From: an uncultured Methanomicrobiales archaeon | Lineage (GTDB): Archaea > Halobacteriota > Methanomicrobia > Methanomicrobiales > Methanospirillaceae | DNA length: 64,000 nucleotides | Direction of reading: 5' to 3' | Assembly: GCA_963758915.1 (NCBI GenBank) | Contig: CAVWXH010000003.1 | Location: 1 to 64,000, forward strand | In this document: positions 10,649 through 21,798 of the stretch, piece after piece | How the letters are laid out: every line of letters begins with the position of its first letter | Position numbering within the stretch: position 1 is the stretch's first letter | Made by a program: the position numbers and the translations under genes | Notes under the pieces: generated by a model | What the model was told of the DNA's origin: nothing | What the model saw: the letters and a program-made list of their open reading frames with translations, nothing else | The model's database searches: none

Positions 10649-13291
10649 ATGATAGAACAAATCATGGTTTGCAGGAAACAGGTATTGACTACATTCCTAC
10701 TGGTAATCCTTGCCATTGGACTTATCGTGGGATATGTTTCAGCCGATTCTACTATTGCCCAGTTTTCAGGACTTGGCAGCAATTCGAACATCTACTCCCG
10801 GTATTACTCGGGGAACGTGATAGCCGGCATCCTCAAAATGCAGATACCACCCGGCAATAACGTCCCCCCGTCACCCTATGATTCCTATTGTATCGACCTC
10901 TTCAAACCAATCCAAGTCGGGAATACATTGATCGCCGACGGGGACCTGGCCGAAGCACAGCAGCTCGGCCAGATCAACTGGTGTGGTGTGAACTATATCC
11001 TGAGTAATTTTAATTACACCCAGACATATGCATCAGGTCATCCATTAAACGGTCTTACTCAGAACCAGAGGGCGGCTGCAATCCAGGGAGCGATCTGGTA
11101 TTTCGTCACATCTCCCTACGGGCAGTACACTGGTGCATCCGGTCAGAAATACCAGTTCCTTACTGATCCCCCGACGAATCCCGCAGGGAATACAAGAATC
11201 GATGGTTACCCGTTGAGGAATAATATTATGGGAATTATCAACATGATACCAGGGTGCTCATCTCCCTGTACCTTTGGCATAAATTGTACAGCGGGGTATA
11301 GTGCCTGTAGTGAAGGTACCTGTAATACAAGCTTTTTCATTCCCCGTCAGGATTAACCTGACTCCGGAAACCTCCACCAACTGTGGTTGCCAGACGCTTA
11401 TTGCAACGGTCTATGACCAGAATAACAACCCCATGCCAAATATTGTTGTTCAGTTCATGACAGACCACGGGACCCTTACACCCTCATCGGGAACAACAAA
11501 TGGCACCGGCCAGGTTGAGACCGTCCTCAATATGGCCGGCACGCCCTACACAGCAAACGTCATGGTATACGCAGAAGGGAAGTTTGGTACATTCCTTTTC
11601 GATCAGGCACAGACCAGGCAGTCACTGACAACACTCACGCTGCTCCCCGGATCTGTCTCGGCAAATGCCACCGTGGAGTGCCAGCCTGAACCTGCCATTA
11701 TCGTCTGGAAATACATCTCAAATTCAAGCAGCGGTCCCTGGCTTGATGAAAACAACCCCCCCGGGCTTCTCGTCCCGGGTGGAACTACTATCTGGTACAA
11801 ATTCGTTGTAACCAACACAGGGAATACGCCCCTGACCGATGTAAATCTTACAGATAATGTGTATACAGCCGTGTTTCATAAAAACGACCCTGGCACCCGG
11901 GGAGTCAACAGAGTGCGTGATTGGCCCGATAACAACCCCGATGACAGGTTGTACGTTTGTTAAAAACACTGCAACGGTGACCGGGGTTAACGGATCAATT
12001 ACGGTCACCCATCAGGACGATGCGTATTATACACCGATTTTCGTGAAGTCCGGGATCATCTTCATCGACATAAATGGTGATGGGATCTATGGGCCAGGTG
12101 ATACCGGCATCCCGGACGTAACTGTACACCTATGCCTTGCATGTCCCGACGACCAGGTGGCCCCGATAAATACCATTGGTGTTACAAAAACAGACATAAA
12201 CGGCAATTATACCTTCCCGAATGTTCCTGCATGTCAAAATGATACAATTGAGTGCTATGCTGTTGGTGTATTGAACCAGACTGACGCAGCAGACGACGTG
12301 AATGAATATATTTACCAGCATTACCGTGTTGTTGAAACAGACAGGGTGAAATGGGTAGCTTCGAAAAACCGGTCTGTAATAAGGTTCAACCTCTGCAATG
12401 ATGAACCCGATAACAACTTCGGATTTATGCAGCCTGGAACGGTTAGCGGATACAAGCGGAACCAGACGACCGGCAATGGTCTTGCTAACTGGACAATTAC
12501 CCTTACGAACCAGACGGTGGGGACTCCTGCATATTCAAACGTTACCAACAGCACAGGAGGGTTTATTTTTACGGATATCCCGTGGGGAACATACTGGCTG
12601 AATGAGACAATGCAGGCAGGATGGACACAATCGCTGCTCACCCCGAACCGTATTATCGAGATTAACGGAACGTCGGTATCGCTGGTGGACCAGAACTTCA
12701 CGAACCTGCAGAACCCAAATCAGGCAATATTTCCGGTTCGAAGTATAATGACCTGAACGGTAATGGAATAAAAGAGATTAATGATGTCCCGATTCCGGGA
12801 GTTGTAATAAAATTATATTACCAGAACGGGACGTTATTCGGGACACAGACAACAAATGCAAACGGTATATATGTATTTGACCCGGTGCCCCAGGGAACTT
12901 ACACCCTGAATGAGACCGTGCCATCAGGTTGGAAACAGACCCAGCCTGCCAGCGGTAATTACGGTATTGAAGTGAACTCAACAAGTCGGAATTTCACCAG
13001 GTTGTTCGGGAACCAGGAGATACCAAATTCATGTTCCTGCCCAGCGAAGGCAAACTTCATCTGGAGCCAGGCGCCATCCCCTGCACATACAATCAAGTTT
13101 ACCGATGCTTCCGGGGGTAATGCTATCTACTGGTTTTACAATTTTGGCGATGGGAAATATTCACTGCCCCCAGTCCATCGCATACCTATCCAAGAGCTGG
13201 AACCTATACCGTGAAACTTAATGTGAAAGGCTGTAATTGTGACGGCACCACGTACTGGACCTATTATTCAACAAGGGTAACAGTTCCATAA
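10649..13291 (+). CDS. Secreted adhesin: thioester (TED/TQXA-like) domain, Ig-like and DUF11-like domains, SdrD-B repeats, PKD tail (frameshifted)
   Basis: Signal peptide; SYCIDL and AIQGAIWYF motifs; ATVYDQNNNPMPNIVVQF (Big_1-like); YKFVVTNTGNTPLTDV; SdrD-B repeats; ends at TAA 13289-13291. Confidence 0.78.
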
Positions 13292-13352
13292 ACACTTTTT
13301 TTAATCTGTTCTCTGATACAGAGATGCTTTTTCTCTTTTACACAGCAAGAGA
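12723..13352 (+). repeat. Duplicated 3' module, copy B
   Basis: Homologous to 9834-10463, including the identical downstream non-coding hairpins. Confidence 0.9.
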
Positions 13353-13435
13353 TCATGAAATACTCAACAAGACTTTAATAATTCTTGCTGAAGATAGTAT
13401 TATCAGTTATTATGATTCGTGGAAGGAGAATAGTT

Positions 13436-14471
13436 ATGAAGGAAACAATTTCAATATTAATGGTAGTTATTATCGCATTATTTGCATTATCGGTACCCTG
13501 CCTGGCAGCAGTGCCTCCACCGAATACACCTGAAATCCAGACGATAACAACAACCACAGGAGTTGATGCAGTCGGTATTGTTACCGAGACGGATGCCCTT
13601 GGATGGAGACTGAGTAGTGAAGTACTGGATAGTAACCTTGAATGGGGAATCCCACTATCGTGGATGTTGGATGGGGTAATGGGGATTATGATATGGAATG
13701 AGGAAATCGGTGAGTTTCGAATACGTGGGTCCCGGAAATGGGAATTATAAATTAATCGCGTGATACAGTATCTTTACCTGAACCCCCCTTGCCAGCGGGG
13801 AGGTCCAGATGACAATCGCGTATGATGAAACCACAAATGCGGTGAACGGGGTTGTCACCTACAATAAAAATTCTGCAATTCATACGGGTACACAGACTCT
13901 TGGCAATTACAATGTAAAGAATAACAAAATCGTGACATTCAATGCACTTGACGCGGGAAGGATGACATCTGAAGAGAATATGCTTCTTGACAATGTCGGA
14001 AAGTCAACAAATATCAGAGATCCCGAAACGGGTGCAACTTTATCCGTCCACGGTATGTCCATTTGCCACCCGACGGCGATCGGCAATTGTGCACCTGCAT
14101 TCTGTAACTATCGCACAGACAGGTAGCAAGGTTGACGTCTATGTCGCATCTCTTGTCGACCAATGCCCAGTCACGGAGTGTGGGAAGCATGGATCAGGAG
14201 GTGAAGATTGTGGCCACCACTGCCGATTGTTGACGGGCCCCCTGTTGAAATGGACTACAGTATAAACCTGGTCGGGACTCAGAACAGGCAATGCAGCAGA
14301 GGGGATCGCAATGGCATATTTCAAAGCCCATAAACTCGAAGGTGCACGGGAATGTCCAAGCGGATTCACTTGGTGCCGGACAGGAGATCACTTATAATGA
14401 AGTATACATCTGCAAGCGGGTCTATTAGGCAGTTCCAGAAGATCATGAATTACCAGTCAGGGTTAAGCTGA
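13436..14471 (+). CDS. Methanospirillum-type sheath protein (MspA/SH-like) homolog, frameshifted
   Basis: Signal peptide, then PEIQTITTTT, GEVQMTIAYD, SEENMLLD, CPF...PAFCN(I)AQTGS, AMAYFKAH, TSASGSIRQFQK.MNYQSG; this matches my recollection of the motif order in that family. Confidence 0.7.
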
Positions 14472-14706
14472 TCCGGATGAGATACCGCGGATAAATAGTA
14501 ACAATCCATTTTTTTTCGCTTGTAAATTAATTAAGTAAATTCCGGTCATCTATTCAAAATAATTCCTGTATTATTATCAATCGATTTATGCCAGGTTAAC
14601 CAACCAGCATGTGGTTTTCATTGGTTATTTAAGGTAATCTTGACAATTTTCAATAACCAGGTAAACACCCTGAAATCGTTCAGGAACACTACAATAAAAA
14701 AATCCC

Positions 14707-15472
14707 TTATCCCTTTTTCCCAGCCCCACGGACCCGTTCCGGGTGGGTGTAGATATTCATCTGGTCGCTTCTTGCAAACCCGATGATCGTGAGGCCTGTC
14801 TTCTCCGCCATTTCCACGGCCAGGCTTGTCGTCGCACTCCGCGATACGATGACGGGTATTCCTGCAATCAGGCATTTCCGTACCATTTCCGATGAAACCC
14901 TTCCCGAACTGACGACAAATGTCCCGGGGAATGACACCTTGTTCAGCAGGCCATAGCCGATCACACGGTCAAGGGCGTTATGCCGGCCGATATCCTCTGC
15001 AATGCAGACCACTCCGTCCGGGGTAAAAAGTCCGACGATATGGACCCCACCGGTCTTGGCATGGAGGTCTGACTGGAGCGTCTGCTTCATTCCCGCTCCT
15101 GATATCAGCCACATCGATCACGAGGTCTGACGTTATTTTCGGGAGTTTTGCCACGTCAAGGAAGGAGGAGGAACCGCCGCACCCGGAGAGAACGGTTTTC
15201 TTGGAGATGAGAATTTTAAAGGGGTTTTTTGTCAGGACACTGACACGGTCAGGTTCAATCTGCATCGATTCGATCTCATCCGGCTCATGGATGATGCGCT
15301 CGGTATAGAGGAGCCCGGTAACCAGTTCCCGGACCATCACCGGGCTTGTCATCACCGTAAGTGCGTGCCTGCCGTTTACCGTAATGGTGAGGGGTACTTC
15401 CAGGACCACTTCATGTTCAGATTCGGAAAATATCCCCGCCTTTTCCCTGGTGCAACGAACGACCTTGTACAT
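14707..15472 (-). CDS. fdhD: Formate dehydrogenase accessory sulfurtransferase FdhD (frameshift near 15080)
   Basis: EVPLTITVNG, SGCG, TGGVH, EDIGRHNALD and SGRVSSEMVRK motifs in two frames. Confidence 0.9.
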
Positions 15473-16658
15473 TTATACCATCCGTGAGATCTCTTCCACC
15501 GTCACTATGAGTCGTTCAACGTCATCTGCATTGTTATACAGGTGGAGACTTGCCCTGACAGTACCTTCGGGAGTGCCGATATGGCGCATGAGCGGGATAC
15601 AGCAGTGTTCCCCGGACCTGACCATGATACCCGCAGCCTCATCGAGGATATGTGCGACATCGTGCGGATGGAGGTTTTCCACGGTGAACGATACCACCCC
15701 GATACGGTTTTTTCCCGGCGGGGGCCCGTGCACGGTCACGCCTTTAATCGATGAGAGCCCCCCGATCATCCGGGCCGTCAGTGTCCGTTCGTGGTCCCTG
15801 ATCAGGTCCATACCAATATCATTCAGGTAATCAACGGCTTTCCCAAGGCCAATACCACTACCTACCGGGGGGGTTCCCGCTTCATATCGCTGGTACCCGC
15901 CCGTTTCTGTATAATGATCAGTTGATACCCCGCTGATCATGCCACCCCCGACAAGGAGCGGTGACAGGTCAGGAGATTTCATCCATAGTACCCCGGTCCC
16001 GGAGGGGCCAAGCATTTTGTGGCCCGAAAAACAGAGGTAATCGCACCCGATCTTCCTCAACATCCACGGGTATATGGGGGACCGACTGGGCACCATCGAC
16101 AAGGAGCCGGCAATCATGCTCCCTGCACAGTGCCGATATCTCTTTCACCGGTGTGACCGATCCAAGGACGTTCGAAGCATGGCTTACTGCCACGAGTTTT
16201 GTTGAATCATCAATTGCTTCTTCAAACAGGGCAAGGTTAAATGTCCCATCCGGTCCAGGAGGTACGACAGACAGGTCAACCCCGTGCTTCTCCCGGATGC
16301 GGAGCCAGGGAAGATAATTGGAGTGATGCTCGAGCAGGGTAGTGACGATCCTGTCCCCCTTCTGCCAGTCGAGGCCGCATGCGACCATGTTAATCGCTTC
16401 GGTCGTATTCTTGGTAATGACGGTCTCGCCCTGCCGTGCCCCGATAAAGGAGGCGATTTTCTTATGAGCATCTGCATATTTCTGCGTTGCAACCATGGCA
16501 AGGCGGTGAACACCCCTCCCAACATTTGCGCGGTACCGGAGTTCGTAATCATCCATTGCACTGATAACAGGGACGGGGGAGAGGCTCGTTGCGGCGCTGT
16601 CCATGTAAATTAAATCTTTCATTATCGGGAAATCTTCCCTCGCATCCTCGATCCTCAC
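15473..16658 (-). CDS. SufS/CsdA-type cysteine desulfurase (frameshift near 16050)
   Basis: YMDSAATS, ANVGRGVH, LEHHSN, DGAQS, SGHKMLGP, YEAGTP and RSGEHC motifs. Confidence 0.9.
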
Positions 16659-16807
16659 GGTTTCGTCACCAACTAACAAATCATGGTAATACCGGCAGAT
16701 AATACCATTGGGTAGCCATCCGGTCAGGTAGTGCCGCGTTCCGGTTTTCATCCGGTTGGTGGGTGATCATAACCTATAAGTGGATGGATGGGTCAGATGT
16801 ACCAGGG

Positions 16808-16823
16808 ATTCACAATTGTGAAT
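16808..16823. promoter_or_regulatory. Perfect 16-bp palindrome ATTCACAATTGTGAAT, candidate operator
   Basis: Lies between the divergent cysteine desulfurase operons, about 30 bp from a TATA-like cctataag. Confidence 0.5.
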
Positions 16824-16940
16824 ATAGAAGAGGGCGCCGCACAACCCAAAAAGACCATTGACCGTACAGTTGCCTGCGTCGGAATCGGAGGAATAATCCA
16901 ATTGAAGGATCAATCCCTGTTACGAATAACCTGGTGAAGC

Positions 16941-18116
16941 ATGGAAGATCGACAACTGGTATACATGGACCACGCGGCCACCACCGCGGTGCACCCCGAC
17001 GTACTACAGGCGATGGTCCCCTACCTTCACAACCATTTCGGGAACCCGTCTTCAATTTATTCCATTGCACGGGAAGCGAAGGAGGCAGTCGATTCCGCAC
17101 GGGGCAAGGTTGCAGCCGCGCTCGGGGCAAAGCCTGATGAAATCTATTTTACATCCGGTGGGACTGAGTCCGACAACTGGGCCATCAAGGGGGTCGCGTA
17201 TGCCAACAGGAAACGGGGAGACCATATCATCACTTCAAAGATCGAGCACCATGCCGTCCTCCACACCTGCCAGTACCTTGAAAAACAGGGTTTCCGGGTG
17301 ACATATCTCCCTGTTGACCAGTATGGACTTGTAGACCCCGGTGAACTCGAACGTTCCATCACCGATACAACGACCCTTGTATCCGTGATGTATGCCAATA
17401 ACGAGATAGGGACGATTGAGCCGGTGAAGGAACTTGCCTCAATCACCCATGAACACGGGGCATATTTCCATACCGATGCGGTCCAGGCTGTCGGCCATAT
17501 CCCAGTCTCAGTTGAAAGTGCAGGTATTGACCTCCTTTCACTGTCAGGCCATAAATTCAACGGGCCGAAAGGTACCGGTGCCCTGTATATCAGGAAAGGA
17601 GTCAGGATCGACAATATCCTCCATGGTGGCGGCCAGGAACGGAACCGGAGGGCAGGAACGGAAAATCTTGCAGGAATTGTGGGTACGGGAAAGGCGATAG
17701 AACTTGCAACAACCGGGATCGAAGAGAACGGAGAACGAATACGGGCAATGCGTGACCGGCTTATATCCGGCATCCGGGGGTCAGTTGCGCATACACGGTT
17801 AAACGGGCACCCGACCCTTCGGCTTCCCGGTAACCTTAACATCAGCTTCGATTTCATTGAGGGCGAATCCATGCTCCTCCTGCTGGACAGTTTCGGTATC
17901 TGTGCCTCAACAGGGAGCGCCTGCACTTCAGGCTCCCTTGAACCATCCCATGTACTCCTTGCAACAGGACTTCCCGCAGAGACTGCGCACGGTTCTTTAC
18001 GTCTTACGCTCGATGTAGAGAACACTGATGAAGAGGTGGACTATGTGCTCCGGACCCTCCCGAAGGTAGTCAGCCGCCTCCGGGATATGTCACCGCTCGG
18101 AAAACAGTCAACGTAA
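16941..18116 (+). CDS. nifS: Cysteine desulfurase NifS/IscS
   Basis: YMDHAATT, GNPSS, TSGGTESDN, SGHKFNGPKG and STGSACTS motifs. Confidence 0.95.
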   Translation: MEDRQLVYMDHAATTAVHPDVLQAMVPYLHNHFGNPSSIYSIAREAKEAVDSARGKVAAALGAKPDEIYFTSGGTESDNWAIKGVAYANRKRGDHIITSKIEHHAVLHTCQYLEKQGFRVTYLPVDQYGLVDPGELERSITDTTTLVSVMYANNEIGTIEPVKELASITHEHGAYFHTDAVQAVGHIPVSVESAGIDLLSLSGHKFNGPKGTGALYIRKGVRIDNILHGGGQERNRRAGTENLAGIVGTGKAIELATTGIEENGERIRAMRDRLISGIRGSVAHTRLNGHPTLRLPGNLNISFDFIEGESMLLLLDSFGICASTGSACTSGSLEPSHVLLATGLPAETAHGSLRLTLDVENTDEEVDYVLRTLPKVVSRLRDMSPLGKQST

Positions 18117-18129
18117 TTGAGAGATTGTT

Positions 18130-18576
18130 ATGTATAGCAAAACAGTAATGGACCATTTTATGAACCCCCGGAACGTGGGGGAGATTGAAAACCCTGATGG
18201 TGTCGGTGAAGTAGGAAACCCGGTTTGCGGGGACATCATGAAGATCTTCTTAAAAATCGATGACAACCGGATCACCGACGCAAAATTCAAGACCTTCGGG
18301 TGCGGTGCCGCGATCGCGTCGAGCAGCATGGCAACCGAACTGATAAAAGGAAAGTCTCTTGAAGAGGCCTGGGAGGTAACCAACAAGGCGGTAGCCGAGG
18401 CCCTTGAGGGGCTCCCCCCGATAAAGATGCACTGTTCTGTGCTTGCTGAAGAGGGGATCCACAAGGCGATCAACGATTACCGGACCAGGCATAACCTCCC
18501 ACCATGGGAAGAAAAGGCACATGCTCACCACGATGAGAAGGAAGATTGCGGGTGCACCACCTGCAATACAGGGTAA
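18130..18576 (+). CDS. nifU: Fe-S scaffold NifU/IscU
   Basis: GNPVCGD, FKTFGCGAAIASSS and LPPIKMHCS motifs. Confidence 0.95.
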   Translation: MYSKTVMDHFMNPRNVGEIENPDGVGEVGNPVCGDIMKIFLKIDDNRITDAKFKTFGCGAAIASSSMATELIKGKSLEEAWEVTNKAVAEALEGLPPIKMHCSVLAEEGIHKAINDYRTRHNLPPWEEKAHAHHDEKEDCGCTTCNTG

Positions 18577-18656
18577 CAACAATCTGGCAGCGAGAAGATA
18601 ACCGTGCAGTCATTCAGATTCAGGAGTCAGTTCCACCCGGAGCCATGGTATTACCT

Positions 18657-19409
18657 ATGTTGAACGAAAACGAACAGGAGCGGTACCACCGCCAGATAAT
18701 GCTCTTCGGGGAGGCAGGTCAGGAAAGGCTGAAAGCTGCACGGGTGGTAATTGCCGGAGCAGGTGGCCTCGGGTGCCCTGTTGCAACCTATCTTGCAGTG
18801 GCAGGTGTCGGGCACCTGCGGATCATTGACCACGATACGGTCGAACGGACAAACCTGAACCGGCAGATCCTTCACTGGGAAAAGGATATCGGGATAGCAA
18901 AGACAGAGTCTGCAGGTGAGAAACTCATGGCAATTAACCCGGATATCGAGATCGAGTCAGTCCGGGCTACTATCGATGAAAAAACAGCACCCGCGCTTTT
19001 CAGGGATGCGGATGCCATCGTCGATGCGATGGACAATTACCCGGCCCGGTACCTTCTGAATCATCTGGCCTGCGAATTCGGCATACCATTGTTCCACGGG
19101 GCGATCAGGGGATTTGACGGTCAGGTGACCACCATCATCCCGGGAAAGACCGCATGTTTGTCCTGCATCTTTCCAAAAGCCCCTCCGGAAGAAATATTCC
19201 CTGTCATCGGAGTCACCGCTGGTGTGATTGGTACGATACAGGCGAATGAAGTGCTCAAATATCTGCTCGGTACCGGCGAGCTGCTCAGGAACAGGCTCCT
19301 GATCTGGGACGGACTGCGTTCTGACCTTGAGACTATCCAGGTGGAACGTGACCCTTCCTGCACAGAATGCAGCAATATACAGGGTAATCCAATGGAGAAA
19401 TTACCATGA
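18657..19409 (+). CDS. MoeB/ThiF/UbaA E1-like adenylyltransferase
   Basis: RYHRQI, GAGGLG, NLNRQ and two CxxC motifs. Confidence 0.92.
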   Translation: MLNENEQERYHRQIMLFGEAGQERLKAARVVIAGAGGLGCPVATYLAVAGVGHLRIIDHDTVERTNLNRQILHWEKDIGIAKTESAGEKLMAINPDIEIESVRATIDEKTAPALFRDADAIVDAMDNYPARYLLNHLACEFGIPLFHGAIRGFDGQVTTIIPGKTACLSCIFPKAPPEEIFPVIGVTAGVIGTIQANEVLKYLLGTGELLRNRLLIWDGLRSDLETIQVERDPSCTECSNIQGNPMEKLP

Positions 19410-19684
19410 TGGTGCGAATAAAGGCATTTGCAAGGTTTCGCGAGATAATCGGGAGCGAAAACACCCTTGAACTTAATGATGGCACATCGGTACTAAACGC
19501 ACTGCAAAGCCTTTCAGCAGGTTCAAAGGATTTCCCGGATGCCTGCTTTGACAAGGAAGGCAATGTTGCATCCCACGTGGTGCTGATGATTAACGGTAAA
19601 CGGATAAGCGGCAGGGACAGGGAAGCCACAGTGCTCCATGACGGTGACGAGCTTGCCATATTCCCGCCTGTTGCTGGCGGGTAA
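19406..19684 (+). CDS. moaD: MoaD/SAMP1-like sulfur carrier
   Basis: C-terminal FPPVAGG; lies between the moeB-like gene and moaE. Confidence 0.9.
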   Translation: MMVRIKAFARFREIIGSENTLELNDGTSVLNALQSLSAGSKDFPDACFDKEGNVASHVVLMINGKRISGRDREATVLHDGDELAIFPPVAGG

Positions 19685-19706
19685 CTACGTAACAGGGTGA
19701 TTCCAC

Positions 19707-20123
19707 ATGATCAGGTTGCAGCAGGAAGATTTTGAGGTCGGAAAATTTATTGAAGAGGCAAAATCCAGGAGGACTGGTGCTATTGTCACATTTATTGGTA
19801 TTGTCCGCGACGACGGGATAGAATGCATGGAGCTTGAGGCGTATCATAACGTGGCAGAACAGGAACTTGCTATTATCAGGGATGAAGCAATGAAGGAGTT
19901 CCCCTTACACAGCGTTGATATTATCCACCGGACGGGTCCACTCAGGGTTGGTGACAATATTGTCCTTATCGTGGTTAGTGCCGGGCACAGGAAAGAGGCA
20001 TTTCTCGGCTGCGAGTATATAATCGACCGTTTGAAACAGACTGTCCCGATCTGGAAAAAAGAGTTATTAAAAGACGGCGAACGGTGGGTTGAAGGTGAAC
20101 ATGGGCCGGGACCTGCGGCCTGA
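19707..20123 (+). CDS. moaE: Molybdopterin synthase catalytic subunit
   Basis: GAIVTFIGIVR, HRTGPL, AGHRKEAF and LKQTVPIWKKE motifs. Confidence 0.93.
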   Translation: MIRLQQEDFEVGKFIEEAKSRRTGAIVTFIGIVRDDGIECMELEAYHNVAEQELAIIRDEAMKEFPLHSVDIIHRTGPLRVGDNIVLIVVSAGHRKEAFLGCEYIIDRLKQTVPIWKKELLKDGERWVEGEHGPGPAA

Positions 20124-20232
20124 TCCACCCTGCTGTAACGTCAGCTCAAAATCCTTACCCGGATAATTTACAGATTGAGCGATGTCCGGTTTATCAAATA
20201 AAGGGGTTTAAACCCCGATTCAGGTTTAAACG

Positions 20233-21528
20233 TTATTGCCCTGTATTCCTCTTCCGGTAGATGAATACGTAATAAAGTGCCCCGATAACACCGGCAATAA
20301 TAATCGTTACAAGGATTGGGTTGGAGACAACAAGCCCGATCCCTGACCGGTTAATCACATTGATCTTTACCTTCATGGTATCAGAAATATGCGTAGTGTC
20401 AAGCGCATCCCGGTAGCGGATCTCCGAGTCGAGCCCGTATTCTTTCTTCGTCGCAGCCTTGTCAACACTCAGCTGGAAATGGGCAGTAGCATGGTCACCA
20501 GGTTCCAGGTCACCGAGGAACGCGACATCGTCAGTACTGGTGAAGGGGGCGAGGGTGCTGATTCTTGCCTGTGCACTATAGATAGTCGCTGCACCGGTGT
20601 TCTCATATTCGATATTGAACACGCCACTCGTCCCGGGATAGACGGTAATCGGCTCTGATATAATAGTTAGATCAACCTTTCCACCTACCGGGACACCAAA
20701 GATCACCGGGTCTGATGTCACCGTGTCACCATCCCTGTTCTCATACACCACGATCATATTCACCGGATAGGTCTTTGCAGCGGCATCCTTTGTGACCGTC
20801 ACCTTGTAACGGGTGGTTACCGTACTGTCCGGGGGAAAATCACCGATGAAAACACTGCTGTCAACCGGGACAACCGGGCTGGAACTGTCCCTGATAATCT
20901 TGATGACCGCGTTCTTCCCGTTCTCGAAGCCCTTGTTTTTTATGCTGAGGTTAAGGTACCCGTCATTTCCGGCATTCAGGTGCTCAGGCACTACATTTAG
21001 TACTTCTAACGTGACCAGCGGTTTGATTTTTAGCGGTACCTGGAAGGTCTCTGTTTTCTGACGATAATGGTAGATCATGCTGTCACCCCCGATCTGTTCC
21101 GCGTTATCAAGGTACGTGTAATTCAGTTCCAATGGGAGCATATATTCCCCGGGTGGTGCGTCGTTGCTTATCCTGGCGATAAATGGGACGGGTATGGAGG
21201 CACCTCCTGTGATATCCCCGACCATCTGCGGGTCTGATTTAATTACCAGTGGTGCTGAACCACTCCCAAGGCTGACTGTCGTAAGCTTGGCAGTATTTGG
21301 CTGATCAGTAGGACTGGCAAGCGTTGACTGGATAATTTTAATATCATTCAACCCTTTGTTCTGGACGATTACCGTGATCGTCGCATCTTTTCCCTGGCTG
21401 AATTCATTGATCCCGGATATCGTTGCCGTGAGATCGGGAGAGCCGGACATGTATTTTGTACCCGCCATTACCGGACTCGTAAAAAATGCCAGCAGAATTG
21501 CGATTATTAAAATATACTGCGTTTTCAT
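20233..21528 (-). CDS. COG1361 S-layer-domain family membrane-anchored protein
   Basis: Signal peptide, tandem Ig-like repeats, GLDSEIRYRD, C-terminal TM helix and basic tail. Confidence 0.85.
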   Translation of the reverse strand: MKTQYILIIAILLAFFTSPVMAGTKYMSGSPDLTATISGINEFSQGKDATITVIVQNKGLNDIKIIQSTLASPTDQPNTAKLTTVSLGSGSAPLVIKSDPQMVGDITGGASIPVPFIARISNDAPPGEYMLPLELNYTYLDNAEQIGGDSMIYHYRQKTETFQVPLKIKPLVTLEVLNVVPEHLNAGNDGYLNLSIKNKGFENGKNAVIKIIRDSSSPVVPVDSSVFIGDFPPDSTVTTRYKVTVTKDAAAKTYPVNMIVVYENRDGDTVTSDPVIFGVPVGGKVDLTIISEPITVYPGTSGVFNIEYENTGAATIYSAQARISTLAPFTSTDDVAFLGDLEPGDHATAHFQLSVDKAATKKEYGLDSEIRYRDALDTTHISDTMKVKINVINRSGIGLVVSNPILVTIIIAGVIGALYYVFIYRKRNTGQ

Positions 21529-21798
21529 GCCATACCGCCTGTTGTTATTGTTGTAACAACATTTGTTTCGGGGTAATATTAATACCTTGTTTTCTCTGCA
21601 GCTGATCTGATGAGCCGGCATATATGGCGCTTTCATTGGAGTTACGAAAATTTTTTTATAAAAAACGGCAGATCATCGGATTACAATCCAGAAAAACTGC
21701 ATTGTTTGGAGAATAATGCCGGGACTACCCCCATAAGAACGAATGAATGGGATCTACAGAGAACCATATATACCAGAATGACATGGTGAATATCATCC

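Noticed and set aside
17144-18025. Long antisense ORFs (also 23889-24620 and 34050-35090)
   Set aside because: They are shadows of well-supported genes on the opposite strand and have no recognisable motifs.
20203-20216. Palindrome GGGGTTTAAACCCC
   Set aside because: It lies between convergent gene ends and is most likely a simple terminator-associated hairpin.
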